Source: Chiloscyllium plagiosum
Lineage: Eukaryota
Reading direction: 5' to 3'
Assembly: GCF_004010195.1 (NCBI RefSeq)
Contig: NC_057728.1
Location: 53,588,174 to 53,652,173, forward strand
Length of the DNA: 64,000 nt
Part shown: positions 62,951 through 64,000 of the stretch, one piece after another
How the letters are laid out: every line of letters starts with the position of its first letter
Position numbering within the stretch: the first letter of the stretch is position 1
Translations under genes and position numbers: made by a program
The notes under the pieces: generated by a model
What the model was told of the DNA's origin: nothing
Databases searched by the model: none
Seen by the model: only the letters and a program-made list of their open reading frames with translations

Positions 62951-64000
62951 ATCCTTATACTTATCTCACTGTTACCAGAAATGAAAGTAGCCAAAGGCAA
63001 AAAGATCTGGAAATTAAGGGCTGAAGACAAAAATGATCTGACTTTTTTTTATTCAAAGGCTCTCATACACATTATAGTGCAAAGTGGCAAATTCACTATA
63101 TTGAAGGATTTGAAAAATTACATTTTAATGAACTGCACTGAAATGCAAATCCTTTTAGGGTCACTTCAAATAGGTGGAATTATTAGATGTCAAGTAGATA
63201 GGAACATTTGTTTTCCCTTTGATTATCTTCTTCTGGGGGTTAAGGAACAGTGCGTAGCACACAGAAATGCAAGGTCAACACTAAAGCATCCAATGTCTGG
63301 TTCAACAGCAATACCAACTGTGGCAAATTCAATCTTGTCATGTATTAAAGTAAAAATGGCAGAATAGCATTAGGGACCCAATATTTATAATGAAATGCAG
63401 CATCATTGAATATCTTGGTTTAATTATTCTGAACGTTATAATTTCCCTAGAAACGTTTATATTTATAGAGAATGACAGAATATGATGTAGAAGACATGAC
63501 AGAATCCTCAACTGACCCAAATAGCTGCTGAAAATTGGAATCAAGACACCCAAAAGACTGTCAGAATTGAAGGCTTTTATTACTCTCCAAGATGTGATGG
63601 CACATATGTGTAGTAAGTTGAAATTTACACCCCTCTGAGTTCAGAATAGATTTTATTGAACAAAGTATATACAGTGGGTGGGAAGAGAGGGTATCTTAAT
63701 TGGGACCCTCTCCAGGTCCAGGTCCATATGATCTGGCATATGACATATGTCCTTTCATAGAAGATATACTTATAGGAAAGTTCCAGTTCGGTTTTCTCCT
63801 CAATATGCCTTGCAGAATGGTCACGAGGCAGCTTTGACACTTAGAGTTTATGCTTTGAACTGCACCATGTCAGCAAACTGCAGTCTTGGGTGAAGGATAT
63901 CCGCATAGGCACAGGCAGAATAGCAGTTGTGGGAGCATGGATGCTGTCATCCTGATCGAGGTTCTTTCATTTTGGAGCCACTCACTTAGGATGACATCTT

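Noticed and set aside
62903..63367. 154-aa ORF
   Set aside because: Non-ATG start, no recognisable domain, and adjacent to decayed retroelement sequence.

Overview
Vertebrate genomic DNA, very likely a shark or other cartilaginous fish (inferred from HE1-type V-SINEs, DeuSINEs, and CR1 and Penelope families). One host gene is present on the + strand: a class III small leucine-rich proteoglycan, epiphycan-like (opticin not excluded). It has six GT-AG coding exons from 5718 to 46082 (981 nt, 326 aa) and a probable non-coding first exon ending at 4464. The rest is mostly retroelements. The standout is a full-length Tx1/Keno-type LINE (55337-60518) that begins with nt 1-37 of U2 snRNA yet sits in an RTE LINE with a 7-bp TSD instead of in a U2 gene. 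Also present are a decayed class I endogenous retrovirus (RNase H, integrase, env, PPT, 3' LTR) just downstream of the gene and facing it, several Penelope-like insertions with inverted ends, long TSDs and hammerhead-ribozyme motifs, solo-LTR candidates, and a locally templated inverted duplication. There is an assembly gap at 9576-10264. All family assignments come from motif recognition by eye, not database searches.
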